Below are positions 18,387-27,912 of a DNA stretch of 64,000 nucleotides, in pieces. Origin of the DNA: a virus (lineage: Duplodnaviria > Caudoviricetes); IMG/VR virus record IMGVR_UViG_3300048881_000780; one strand, given 5' to 3'. Within the stretch, counting starts at the first letter, position 1; each line of letters starts with the position of its first letter. The notes under the pieces are model-generated. The model worked only from the letters and a program-made list of their open reading frames with translations. It searched no databases and had not been told where the DNA came from. Made by a program: the position numbers and the translations under genes.

Positions 18387-20447
18387 TTAGTTAACTGGAA
18401 AAACTCCATCGCCAGAACCACTCGTATTATCTGTCCATGCCGCATGTACAGGGTCACCAAAGGCCAACTCATTAGTAGTCTCTTTAAGCGTCCAGCTACC
18501 AATCGTATTGTCAGATAGGATATCTAATTGTGTTAGATCCTCACTTGCCTCCCACATAATTGCGTAGTGATAATGAAGTCCATTTACGGTGTCAGCATCG
18601 ACAATTCCAGATCTAAATAATTCTGCGTATTTTCTTGGATTACTATTTTGAACATTTTGAATGGCCACTCTAATTGGAACGTGATTATCTGCAATTTTTC
18701 TCAAAAAGATATCCGGTGAAGAAGCTGGTAGCGGGTCTACTAGATCGTGCATATAGAGCATATAGAACTTCCCTCTAGTATTTCTTGGTAGAATATCTAC
18801 AGCTGTACCTTTATCCGAAGTCTCTTCATTAATCTTTACCCACGATGAGTGGTTAATGTCATCAATGGAAGCAGGATTATCTGAAAGATATAATTCATAT
18901 GTATTCATCTCTCTAGAAATACCGTTTCCTGCGACAAGTCCAGTTACTTCAAGAGCAGTTGGTACCCCTTCACTCGCAAAAGTCATACTCGTCGGAAATT
19001 GTGATGAACCATTGTAAAACCCTCCATATGGAGCGGTAATATCACCAAAGAGTCCCTCATAACTGTAGACATTAGATGAGTCGTGAATACCTGGATGAAG
19101 AACTGTGTTTGGAGAATTAATATTTCTAAATCCAACATACTTAGATGGCTCTGTAGACATTGTCCCCTGGGCCACCAATTTATAGTAATTAATAATTGGA
19201 CCATATTGATTACCAACAATTGAGTCATATAGTACACAATCCGCATATAATCTCTTTGCCTCTGTACCTGTATAATCAGGGTGAACTCCATCTGGAACAA
19301 GAGATTCCACATTGTACTTATTTACATAACTTCTAATTCCAGTATGAGAATCAATATAAAGGTAACCATAGTCTTGGCCATATTGTTCAAGTCCTGAATT
19401 CCAATCTAGATATCTCGCGTCTGTTAACTCTCTACCAAGAGCTGAGTATAAATCATCCCAATATGAAGGCCAAATAGAAGCTATAACAACCTCTGCGCCA
19501 TCCTGGGCCAATCTTGATACAATTTGATCGATATTATCTAAGTAATCAGTTTTGTTGGTAGCTCCCCTTGCATCATTATATCTAGCATCATTAATACCTA
19601 TGGCAATAAAGTAGAGATCTGCATCTTCCGCTGCGATTGTATCAATCATGGCCAATGTGTCTTTTGTAGTATGTCCACCAACACCATGATTGACATAATT
19701 GGCACCTGGGTATTTATTTTCTATAAAAGTCGTAAACCCCGTAATCTTACCAGGCGTACCATTACCTTGTTCGGTAATTGAATCCCCAACCCAAACTACT
19801 TTCATCGCATTATCAGACATATTAGAAAGTAGATCATTTAAAATTTCTTTATTAGTTCTATCTTCAAAAACTGCGGAAACATATGTTTTAGCAATAGTGA
19901 AACTACCTACTGACGAACCATCAACTGATACGTCAAAAGACCCTTTATTAGTTGACGAGACAAACATGTAATTTCCATTCATCAAAACAGAAGATCCACC
20001 CTGAGTAACGCTAACGACTCCATTTCCTGAGACGGGAACCTTTACCCACTGAGAAACCCCTTGAGGTACCTCAATATTTATTCCGCCAGCAAGAGAAGCA
20101 TCTGACCCAGGGAAGACAAATGCCATCATTTTTCCATTTATAGTACTGTAAACAATTGCTTCTTTATCAGGAGCAGTTGCCAAAATAGAGGCCTTATGAA
20201 CACTTCCATCGAAGCTAAACTCTAAAAACTGAGCAAGCCTATCTGGAACAGTTAAAACAGTATTTCCAAGCAGGGCCGCGTCACCTAGAACGACTTCATT
20301 TACACTATCTAACCTGATTTCATAAATGGCCTGAATTGGGTTTTGTTTTTCAATTTTAGGGTCAAATTTTCTCTTAAATGATAGATTCTTGTCACAACCT
20401 ACAAATGATAAAAGTAATGACAAGGTGATAAGTAACTTGAATTTCAT
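18387..20447 (-). CDS. Lipoprotein with SGNH/GDSL hydrolase domain
   Basis: Lipobox FVGC; blocks GDSIT, GVGG, GIND, DGVHP. Confidence 0.9.
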   Translation of the reverse strand: MKFKLLITLSLLLSFVGCDKNLSFKRKFDPKIEKQNPIQAIYEIRLDSVNEVVLGDAALLGNTVLTVPDRLAQFLEFSFDGSVHKASILATAPDKEAIVYSTINGKMMAFVFPGSDASLAGGINIEVPQGVSQWVKVPVSGNGVVSVTQGGSSVLMNGNYMFVSSTNKGSFDVSVDGSSVGSFTIAKTYVSAVFEDRTNKEILNDLLSNMSDNAMKVVWVGDSITEQGNGTPGKITGFTTFIENKYPGANYVNHGVGGHTTKDTLAMIDTIAAEDADLYFIAIGINDARYNDARGATNKTDYLDNIDQIVSRLAQDGAEVVIASIWPSYWDDLYSALGRELTDARYLDWNSGLEQYGQDYGYLYIDSHTGIRSYVNKYNVESLVPDGVHPDYTGTEAKRLYADCVLYDSIVGNQYGPIINYYKLVAQGTMSTEPSKYVGFRNINSPNTVLHPGIHDSSNVYSYEGLFGDITAPYGGFYNGSSQFPTSMTFASEGVPTALEVTGLVAGNGISREMNTYELYLSDNPASIDDINHSSWVKINEETSDKGTAVDILPRNTRGKFYMLYMHDLVDPLPASSPDIFLRKIADNHVPIRVAIQNVQNSNPRKYAELFRSGIVDADTVNGLHYHYAIMWEASEDLTQLDILSDNTIGSWTLKETTNELAFGDPVHAAWTDNTSGSGDGVFPVN

Positions 20448-20475
20448 TAATGCTCCGATAAAGGGTTTCTTTATA

Positions 20476-20483
20476 CTATTTTA
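20476..20483 (-). promoter_or_regulatory. Class II promoter motif (TAAAATAG)
   Basis: CTAAAAACAT-TAAAATAG on the minus strand. Confidence 0.5.
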
Positions 20484-20532
20484 ATGTTTTAGATAAATTT
20501 ATCCCTTTTTATACATGTATTACTTTAAATTA

Positions 20533-20547
20533 TAACACGCATCGGTA
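20533..20547. promoter_or_regulatory. Operator variant overlapping an extended -10 upstream of the SGNH gene
   Basis: TAACACGCATCGGTA; minus strand continues TGTTATAAT. Confidence 0.5.
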
Positions 20548-20613
20548 TGATTTAGATCAATCATTAGTGATTTTATGGCCATTAGAGGTGATTAAACGCT
20601 TAATTTGTCCTAT

Positions 20614-21051
20614 TTATTTAAATAATCCGATAAAATAGAATCTCGATCTTTCACAAAAGTATCCACTCCCAGTCTTATACAGGAAGCCACTTTCATGTAA
20701 TCTCAAAAGTATAAGGTTTGATATTTTCAAAGAAGTTCTGATTTTTGATTTAATAAATTCGCTAGAAACCTTAAACTTATAGTTTTTACTGGCATCAACC
20801 TCCTCTTTTAAAATATATAGAAGTTTCTGTACTTTGGATTCATATTTTGAGTTAAATTTCTCTACATCAATAAATGATTTCTTAAAATTCTCCTTAGATC
20901 TATAGAATTTTGGAATATCACATTCATACATTGGCATATACTCAACTATATATTGCCAAGAGTCAGATTCCTTATACTTAACAAATTTAGTGATCACATA
21001 TAACTTGCCATTTGATTTACAAATATAAATACTATCTTCTCTAAGTTTCAC
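20614..21051 (-). CDS. Hypothetical protein, DUF1653-like N-terminus with possible C-terminal winged helix
   Basis: Y...G.LY.I....VEY..MY.....FYR...F pattern. Confidence 0.6.
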   Translation of the reverse strand: MKLREDSIYICKSNGKLYVITKFVKYKESDSWQYIVEYMPMYECDIPKFYRSKENFKKSFIDVEKFNSKYESKVQKLLYILKEEVDASKNYKFKVSSEFIKSKIRTSLKISNLILLRLHESGFLYKTGSGYFCERSRFYFIGLFK

Positions 21052-21062
21052 TAGAAAGCTCC

Positions 21063-21908
21063 TTATTCATCACTGGTAAAATTAACGCCATCAACTAGAA
21101 TTGATTCTAGATACTTTCTCGTTACGTGATCAAGCCCCTGCATGATCTCGGTTTTCTTCTTTTTTGGGCCAATAATTGAAGCTCCACCATTATTTCCATT
21201 TTCACCTTGAACTATTGGTCTCCAATTTATTTTTTGAATATATAACTCTGGACTATAAGCGTAGACACTAGAAACTCCATCTGTCACGGCGTCTCTAAGT
21301 TTTACGCAATATCTAATATTATCTAAATCATTAGGAAGATCAGCTACTCCGCCAAGACCACCAATACCTGGTAGATTTTCAGCTGTATAATTAAAGATTT
21401 TAAAAGAAAAGATATCCGCGTATCCCGCGGCGGTTCCCTTAACTCCTGAAGTTGGATTTAATACTGTAAAAATCTCTTCTCTTTCTACAATTTCTTGATA
21501 AATATTACATTCTTTTCCAATTCCACACTCAAGAACTTCTTGTCCATTTTCAGCACTTGAAACTAATCCTAAATCGACCCATGTAACTCTATTGTGAGGA
21601 TCTTGAGGATGACCCAAGTCTATTGCTGGTTGGCAGTCATTATATGTTGGTGCAATCGATACTGAAATATTAGAAACCTTCTCGCCTGCATCATAAACAA
21701 ACCCTTGTTCATCATGCTCACTACAATCACCCATGTGAGAAGTAGAAAGCCTCACTTCCCAATCTGAACCTGGTAGAGGTTCCTTAGTGGCCTCATTTAA
21801 TCCAATAGTAAACTCTTCTTGAGTAACAGTTACTCTAATTTTAGATGCCGCCCCATGGGAGTTAAAATTAATTAACATCAAAAAAAGAACTAAAATATAA
21901 TTTTTCAT
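21063..21908 (-). CDS. Secreted hypothetical protein
   Basis: Signal peptide, paired Cys. Confidence 0.8.
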   Translation of the reverse strand: MKNYILVLFLMLINFNSHGAASKIRVTVTQEEFTIGLNEATKEPLPGSDWEVRLSTSHMGDCSEHDEQGFVYDAGEKVSNISVSIAPTYNDCQPAIDLGHPQDPHNRVTWVDLGLVSSAENGQEVLECGIGKECNIYQEIVEREEIFTVLNPTSGVKGTAAGYADIFSFKIFNYTAENLPGIGGLGGVADLPNDLDNIRYCVKLRDAVTDGVSSVYAYSPELYIQKINWRPIVQGENGNNGGASIIGPKKKKTEIMQGLDHVTRKYLESILVDGVNFTSDE

Positions 21909-21919
21909 ACTTCTAACCT

Positions 21920-23473
21920 CTACAAGAATCCATTAAATAAACAACTAGACTCATTGTACTTATAGTAAAATCTATATGTCGGACCATCGTCTCTCTTATA
22001 TGTAACATCAACAAAATACTCTCCGTTTCGATAGATTAAACTCTCATCTGAACCAGCCAGTATCGTTGCACCAAATAGTTCATCTTTAAATATCTGAGGT
22101 ATTGTTGAAGAAATACAGCTTGGTGCATCTCCTTGAATAACATTTGCACCAAGATCAATATCCGAATTATTTTCAGGTTGAATTAAGAATGTTCTACTGT
22201 ATTTAGTATCATTTCCACCTACGATTAAATTAAACTCACTTGACTCTGCTCCAAATTGATCAGTTAGAGACATAACCATTACAAATGATTCCGTTTTTGC
22301 GCTTAACTCACATCGAATATCTGTAACATCACTTTGATCCATGCCAAGACAATTTCGAAGTGTTACTCCACTTGTTAATCCTAGGATATTGTTTATATTA
22401 AAGCTAACAACTCTAACATCTCCGTCATCTGTATTTGGAATAAGTTGAGGAAGTTTTATATCAAAGCTTAAACCATTTCTAGAATCCTCGACTCCGTTAT
22501 GAAGAAGAGGAGTAAAACTATCTTCTCCAAGTTGCCATTCAACATTAAAACTAGTTTGACCACTTGATAGAGCTAATTGACAGGCATACTGAGAACCCCT
22601 CTCTAGAATCGAGCTTTCATCAACAATGAACTCTCTCTCTAAATATGACCCCGAATTTCGTGCCGCGATTTCATTTGGGTCTTGAGGATTGACTTTAATT
22701 TTTTCTGTACAAGAGTACGGATCACATGGCCAACCAATTGGAGATGAAACCCATTTTAAATCACTAGTATTCATTGAGTTCGCATTTCTAATTAATTGAT
22801 CTTGCACACTAGATCCACTTGGAGCACAATTACAATATGGCCCAATGATATCCATTCTACATTTAATTTTCTTTCTTCTTTTTACACAGTATCTTTGTTC
22901 AAAGGTAGCATTACAAACTCTCTTTGATTTATTGATTACAATATTCTGTATACCTTGCAATGCACTCTTATCTTCATAACCAGCTGGACATGAAAAGGTT
23001 TGTTCAATTTTTTGAATATCTGAAGGAGTACATCTTGAAGTATCTACATTGTGATCTAATAGAAATTGATTCTTTATTGATTGTCCGTAATCTCCATTCA
23101 TTATATTGCTGGCGCAAATTTCTGAACTATCTATACCTCTCTCACCACTTCTTCCATTTAAGTTGATAGAGATATTATCAAGTAGTCCCGTTAAAAATAC
23201 TATATTTGAAGCATTCTCATCTACATTTCTAGAGGGCATATTAATACTAGTAGACCTTAGCTCCTTTGAATAAAATCTAAATTCATCTATATTTTCGAAT
23301 ATAGGATCAGTAATAAAGTTTAATACTTCTTCTTGTGCCCAATATGTCGGTACAATAGTTCCTAAGTCATTAATATCATCATTTATACAACCCAAATTAG
23401 ATGAACAAGTCACCTCTTGAGAGTAACTACATAATGTAATTATAAATATGAAAAAAACCCTTAAGTACTTCAT
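21920..23473 (-). CDS. Secreted Cys-rich hypothetical protein
   Basis: Signal peptide, many Cys. Confidence 0.8.
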   Translation of the reverse strand: MKYLRVFFIFIITLCSYSQEVTCSSNLGCINDDINDLGTIVPTYWAQEEVLNFITDPIFENIDEFRFYSKELRSTSINMPSRNVDENASNIVFLTGLLDNISINLNGRSGERGIDSSEICASNIMNGDYGQSIKNQFLLDHNVDTSRCTPSDIQKIEQTFSCPAGYEDKSALQGIQNIVINKSKRVCNATFEQRYCVKRRKKIKCRMDIIGPYCNCAPSGSSVQDQLIRNANSMNTSDLKWVSSPIGWPCDPYSCTEKIKVNPQDPNEIAARNSGSYLEREFIVDESSILERGSQYACQLALSSGQTSFNVEWQLGEDSFTPLLHNGVEDSRNGLSFDIKLPQLIPNTDDGDVRVVSFNINNILGLTSGVTLRNCLGMDQSDVTDIRCELSAKTESFVMVMSLTDQFGAESSEFNLIVGGNDTKYSRTFLIQPENNSDIDLGANVIQGDAPSCISSTIPQIFKDELFGATILAGSDESLIYRNGEYFVDVTYKRDDGPTYRFYYKYNESSCLFNGFL

Positions 23474-23477
23474 ATCT

Positions 23478-23485
23478 CTATTATA
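23478..23485 (-). promoter_or_regulatory. Class II promoter motif (TATAATAG), leaderless geometry
   Basis: AAAAAAAGAA-TATAAT-AGAGAT-ATG. Confidence 0.55.
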
Positions 23486-23518
23486 TTCTTTTTTTAGGCA
23501 CTATTATTGTTCCAAAAC

Positions 23519-23548
23519 TTGACACGCTACGTTAACCATGGTTATAAT
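23519..23548 (+). promoter_or_regulatory. Sigma70-type promoter containing an operator variant
   Basis: TTGACA-18 nt-TATAAT-6 nt-ATG; operator variant TGACACGCTACGTTA at 23520-23534. Confidence 0.7.
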
Positions 23549-23554
23549 TGAAGC

Positions 23555-24277
23555 ATGAATAATAATAACGGCGCTGGCCTGATAAAGAAATTCATCCCCC
23601 TAATCCCTGGTAGTATTAAAGTCGTGGGACTCTTCTTAGTCTTAAAGATTTCATGTCATATATTAGGACTTCAGAACATACCAGATTGGGTTTTTGGACT
23701 ATTTTCTCTTCCGGCCCTCTTAATGGGAAAGAGTGCCTACTTTGCTACATTCTTTGCAATGTCTACAAATAATGCATTTAAAATGTACTTAGAGGGTGAG
23801 AAGAATTATGATCTCATCGTTGCTGGACTAACTTTAGCAGTTTCTTTCTACGTCATAGGATTCTTAATTAATCCCATGAAGTCTCTACTATTTAGACTTA
23901 ATCCCTTTTCATATCTCTTTAAAAGAAGAAGATATAAAAAAGGTCAGGAAGTTTCTTATCATGTGGATCACATATTTCCTCGAAGTTTATTTCCGCACTT
24001 ATGCTTAGAACCAAGGAACCTACAAATTCTTTGTAATTTTTGTAATATAAAAAAGTCAAATCACACATTCATTGACTATAGGGGTGACCAGAAAAGATAC
24101 GTCAATCAGCCAGTTGCGATTAATTTAAGTAATCATCCAACTGGACAAAAGGGAATGGCCCTTGCAGAAATTGGCGTTCGAGACGACTTCTACTCTAGTT
24201 CTCTTTGGAGAAAGCAGAGAAAGAAGGCCCTCGATAAGTATGGTAAGAAATGTATGAATAAGTCATGTCCTCACTGA
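23555..24277 (+). CDS. Membrane-anchored HNH endonuclease with circularly permuted motif order
   Basis: N-terminal TM segments; HVDHIFP...NLQILCNFCNIKKSN followed by FYSS.LWR...KYGKKCMNKSC. Confidence 0.85.
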   Translation: MNNNNGAGLIKKFIPLIPGSIKVVGLFLVLKISCHILGLQNIPDWVFGLFSLPALLMGKSAYFATFFAMSTNNAFKMYLEGEKNYDLIVAGLTLAVSFYVIGFLINPMKSLLFRLNPFSYLFKRRRYKKGQEVSYHVDHIFPRSLFPHLCLEPRNLQILCNFCNIKKSNHTFIDYRGDQKRYVNQPVAINLSNHPTGQKGMALAEIGVRDDFYSSSLWRKQRKKALDKYGKKCMNKSCPH

Positions 24278-24304
24278 AGAGAGACAGAATTTTAAACAAG
24301 GTGT

Positions 24305-24724
24305 GTGTGTATGTGTACGGCTACGTCAATGAAAAGTTATCTGGAAGATAACTGGTCTAAAGTTCCTTATCCAAAATTAGTAAAAACTGTAAAGTCTGCG
24401 CTTAAGAGAGAGAAAAACTTGAGACGAAATACTCGAGTATGGAGAGAGATCCTCTCTTTATTTGAACCAGGTGAATTCATTAGCTCAAAAGCTGAAAGGG
24501 AGTTTTATGACTCACTAGATGAATCTTTTATGGCATTTCGAGGTGATTCTAGAAAGTGTGATACTCCTAGAAAGGTTCTTTGGCAACAGGATGAATCTGA
24601 GGCGAAAGCAAGAAATTGTGACGTTAAAGATGGTACAACTTTTACAGTCTTTTATAGAAAGATTTTTAAAGAAAAAATTCTTGGCGTGTTTCCAGATAGT
24701 GGAGAAATTATCTATATAGACTAA
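24305..24724 (+). CDS. Hypothetical protein, possibly a degenerate ADP-ribosyltransferase-like fold
   Basis: EFYDSL.E.F..FRG / W..D.SEA / I.KEKI...F....E.I pattern; real start probably ATG at 24329. Confidence 0.6.
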   Translation: MCMCTATSMKSYLEDNWSKVPYPKLVKTVKSALKREKNLRRNTRVWREILSLFEPGEFISSKAEREFYDSLDESFMAFRGDSRKCDTPRKVLWQQDESEAKARNCDVKDGTTFTVFYRKIFKEKILGVFPDSGEIIYID

Positions 24725-24726
24725 TT

Positions 24727-24936
24727 CTAATCAGGTCTTCTAATCTGGTTGATATCATAATTAGTTTCAGTAAAGTAATCGTTACCGTTTCTATATTTTG
24801 GTGTCCCTTCACAGAAAACCTTTTTTGTCTCAGGGTCTTGAGCACAAATTTTACCAGTCTTAGAATATCCTCTAAATTCACTACTGGCACAAGATGTCAG
24901 TAGTGTTAACAGAACTAATATATTTAGATAATACAT
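24727..24936 (-). CDS. Small lipoprotein at the end of the transfer operon (VirB7-like position and size)
   Basis: Lipobox LTSC, 69 aa, start overlaps the upstream stop. Confidence 0.65.
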   Translation of the reverse strand: MYYLNILVLLTLLTSCASSEFRGYSKTGKICAQDPETKKVFCEGTPKYRNGNDYFTETNYDINQIRRPD

Positions 24937-25676
24937 TACTTTTCCTCTTTCACTCTAAGATCATCAACTTTTTGATTAACATCTTTTTTCTCTTGAACTT
25001 GAACCTTAGTATCGTAGAGTTCATCACTTACAAGCAAGCTCATCACTTCATTTGCAACCTTAGCAAGCTCTTCTTTTGTCATTTCCTTAGAGGCATTAAG
25101 TTTTGACTCTTTGACCATTTTTTGAACAGTAGATTCCAATTCTTTTTTAAACTTATCAAAATCAGACTTTTTAACGATAGTCTTCATTCTTCTCTTTACG
25201 TAAGAGCGCATCTTTTTAGCGACTTCCTTTCTCTCATCTTTATCTCTATCAATTGAGGCCATAATCTCTTGCTTCACTCTCATGAAGATCTCGTTATTTC
25301 CACTCATAATTTGTTTTTCAACTTCCTTGGCCATCAGATCTTTAAACACCACTTGCTCTTGGTACATCTGTCCCTGAAGCTGAACAATTGCCTCTGAAGA
25401 CTCTTTAATAAAAGATGCTAACATCTTTTCCATCTCCTCTTCTCTATCGTGAGCGTTCTTATTTGAAAGATAATCTAGTCCCTCATATAATCCTGCGATT
25501 GCACAAACACCAGCAGAAGCAATAGCTTTATTTTTAGTCTCTTCAATTGTCATAAACACGGTCGCACTACCAACGGCACAAACGGCTCCCCATTTTGTCC
25601 ACTTAGATTCGTACCACTCTTTAGCAACTAAAGACTGTGATAAAACTAAAGTCAAAATCAATATAATATTTTTCAT
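24936..25676 (-). CDS. Secreted protein with Gly/Ala hydrophobic hairpin and coiled coil
   Basis: Signal peptide, GAVCAVG...AGVCAIAG, long charged helix. Confidence 0.8.
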   Translation of the reverse strand: MKNIILILTLVLSQSLVAKEWYESKWTKWGAVCAVGSATVFMTIEETKNKAIASAGVCAIAGLYEGLDYLSNKNAHDREEEMEKMLASFIKESSEAIVQLQGQMYQEQVVFKDLMAKEVEKQIMSGNNEIFMRVKQEIMASIDRDKDERKEVAKKMRSYVKRRMKTIVKKSDFDKFKKELESTVQKMVKESKLNASKEMTKEELAKVANEVMSLLVSDELYDTKVQVQEKKDVNQKVDDLRVKEEK

Positions 25677-25685
25677 AGCTAACTC

Positions 25686-26357
25686 CTACTTAATATTCTT
25701 TCCATACAAGAAACGACACAGACTCATATTGGCCTTAACTCTTTTTCTTGTTTCTGATTCATATTTTTTGTCACACTTATAATCTTTCTTTATTTGATTA
25801 ATTTCTTTTAAATAATCATTTCTCTTGTTAACATCTTCATTGGCAAAATCGGCCATCAATCGCCTGAGAACTTCTCCCACTTTTTCAGCACACTTCATTT
25901 TCTCACTATGAATATTTAAATACTCACCATCTACTTCACAAGCTAAACTCGTATTACTATAGTGAACACGTACTTTTACTCCATCAAAATCCACAAAAAA
26001 GTAATACATTAAATCTTCGTCAAAATCAGGATTCAACTCCTTCATCTCCTTAACAAACTCTGTATATTTCTTACGTGAAATTTCATCGACCATTCTATTT
26101 TCTTTATAGTGCTCCATCATTGAGTTCTTAGAAACTCTATCAAATTTCATTATCTTATAATCAGAAAGAACTTTATCAATAGCCGACTCCAATCTTGTCC
26201 TTGGTGGTTGCATTGCTAGAATATTAATTGATAATACAAATATTAGAAAAATCTTAGTTGCCACGAAGAAAACTCCCTTGTTCTGTTCTACCTTCCAGAT
26301 AGAATTCATAACTTCCCTCTTCAATAGACCCGTCACTTCTTCTTGTACCTGGTACAT
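25686..26357 (-). CDS. Secreted hypothetical protein (true start probably near 26270)
   Basis: Signal-like ATKIFLIFVLSINILA follows a GTG with SD. Confidence 0.7.
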   Translation of the reverse strand: MYQVQEEVTGLLKREVMNSIWKVEQNKGVFFVATKIFLIFVLSINILAMQPPRTRLESAIDKVLSDYKIMKFDRVSKNSMMEHYKENRMVDEISRKKYTEFVKEMKELNPDFDEDLMYYFFVDFDGVKVRVHYSNTSLACEVDGEYLNIHSEKMKCAEKVGEVLRRLMADFANEDVNKRNDYLKEINQIKKDYKCDKKYESETRKRVKANMSLCRFLYGKNIK

Positions 26358-26706
26358 AAACGGGTCTAACCTTTACTGGGTAATCATCTGGAACATCACT
26401 AGACATTGACATTACCATTTCGTTAATTATCTTTTCCTTTTCCTTGAAAATCTTCTTTTCTTTATTACCGTATTTTTCATCGTAGTGATCAAAGATAAAG
26501 TACCCTGCACCTCCTAGAGCAACACCTACAAGTAAGCTTGTTTTGATATCTTGGCCAGATAAGTACATAGCACTGGTACCACCAACGAATCCAACAGTTG
26601 TCTCGAGCATAGGACCTTGAACCCATCTATCAAGTAGAGTTCTCTCGCTTGCTAAAGAAGAAAACGTAATTAAGAATGCTGTAAGTAATACTAAAATAGT
26701 TTTCAT
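26254..26706 (-). CDS. Secreted glycine-zipper protein with a TraV-like C-terminal motif
   Basis: Signal peptide, GFVGG/GVALGGAG, VRPVYVPG...DG...EGSYEFY. Confidence 0.7.
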   Translation of the reverse strand: MKTILVLLTAFLITFSSLASERTLLDRWVQGPMLETTVGFVGGTSAMYLSGQDIKTSLLVGVALGGAGYFIFDHYDEKYGNKEKKIFKEKEKIINEMVMSMSSDVPDDYPVKVRPVYVPGTRRSDGSIEEGSYEFYLEGRTEQGSFLRGN

Positions 26707-26714
26707 CTCTTATC

Positions 26715-27137
26715 CTATAGATCATTTCCAGAGTAATTAAATTTATACCTAGTCTTTCCACCTCTAAGTACACCATTAGTCTCTTGGATAGTTCCTCTAA
26801 TGACTTCAATATTTACTGGTGCCTTGCCATTTTTCATGTACTGGGCCTGCAATTCTTTTAATGCTTCTATTTGCGCCGTTTGTTCACGATGCTTGGCTTC
26901 ATAATTATAACCAATTCTATTCTTATACATTTTATTAACTAAATAACCTGTGATCGTTCCTGCCAGACAACCTGTTCCAAGTCCCATCATCTTGTCATCT
27001 TCCGAACTTAGATAGTACATGGTTCCACCAACAGCAACACATCCAATAAGAGGTTCAGAAAACTCAATTTCACTTAACCAATTGGCATAGATGCTTTGGT
27101 TTATTAGTAGTAAAAGTATTAATAATAATTTCTTCAT
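26715..27137 (-). CDS. Secreted glycine-zipper protein (paralog of its neighbours)
   Basis: Signal peptide, GCVAVGG...GTGCLAG, coiled coil. Confidence 0.75.
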   Translation of the reverse strand: MKKLLLILLLLINQSIYANWLSEIEFSEPLIGCVAVGGTMYYLSSEDDKMMGLGTGCLAGTITGYLVNKMYKNRIGYNYEAKHREQTAQIEALKELQAQYMKNGKAPVNIEVIRGTIQETNGVLRGGKTRYKFNYSGNDL

Positions 27138-27145
27138 AACTAATC

Positions 27146-27898
27146 CTAAAATACCAAGAGTGGATTTCTATGCATATTTGTATAGTAATCTTCAATATAT
27201 TTAGATGTAATGGCCTCTTTTTTAAATGAAATTACATAAAGTCCATTTTTGTTTCTATGCGCTTTACCATCAGCAGTCCTAAGAGGAAAACCTTGTCCCA
27301 CAAGGAGGCTAATTCTAACCGCACCAGCAGTTCTATCAAAAACCTCATCTCTCTTTTTCTTGCTTCGATCAAATAACTGAATTCTCTCTCCAATAATGGA
27401 TACATAGAAATTTCCATTTGGAGTTTTTCTAATATCTTCAATGGCGGCAATTCCAAAATACCAAGAACAAGCACATCTCTCGAGCTCCTCTGCTCTCTTT
27501 CCAGAGAACGCGAACTCTTCTTCAACCTTTAATCTCTCTGGACCAATTGAATAGAATATGGCCTTCTTAAGAGAGTGGTTGATTCCATCAAGCTTATATC
27601 GATTTCCATTAATATCTTCAGAGAAATTAATAAGACTCTCATTCATTCTTAGTTGAGTATACTTAAGAGAGAATTGATACAGATTTGCTAAATCATTTTG
27701 CATAGATGTACTCTGCATTCCCATGACCATAGGAAATGTATAAAAATTCTTCGAAGGATCAAGAACAACTGTCTCTTCTCTCGACTTCCAAATTAGTACA
27801 CTTAAGCTTAGAAATATTAAGCAAAGAATAGATACAAACCCTAGAGACAGAGCGATCTTTTCATATTTTGAAATTTTGTTTATATCAATTATCTTCAT
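27146..27898 (-). CDS. Bitopic VirB8/TraE-like transfer protein
   Basis: Single N-terminal TM; C-terminal N..GLYV..F typical of VirB8; operon context. Confidence 0.55.
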   Translation of the reverse strand: MKIIDINKISKYEKIALSLGFVSILCLIFLSLSVLIWKSREETVVLDPSKNFYTFPMVMGMQSTSMQNDLANLYQFSLKYTQLRMNESLINFSEDINGNRYKLDGINHSLKKAIFYSIGPERLKVEEEFAFSGKRAEELERCACSWYFGIAAIEDIRKTPNGNFYVSIIGERIQLFDRSKKKRDEVFDRTAGAVRISLLVGQGFPLRTADGKAHRNKNGLYVISFKKEAITSKYIEDYYTNMHRNPLLVF

Positions 27899-27902
27899 GA
27901 AT

Positions 27903-27910
27903 CTATTATA
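27903..27910 (-). promoter_or_regulatory. Class II promoter motif (TATAATAG), leaderless geometry, just after the sigma gene
   Basis: ATAAATAATT-TATAAT-AGATTC-ATG. Confidence 0.55.
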
Positions 27911-27912
27911 AA

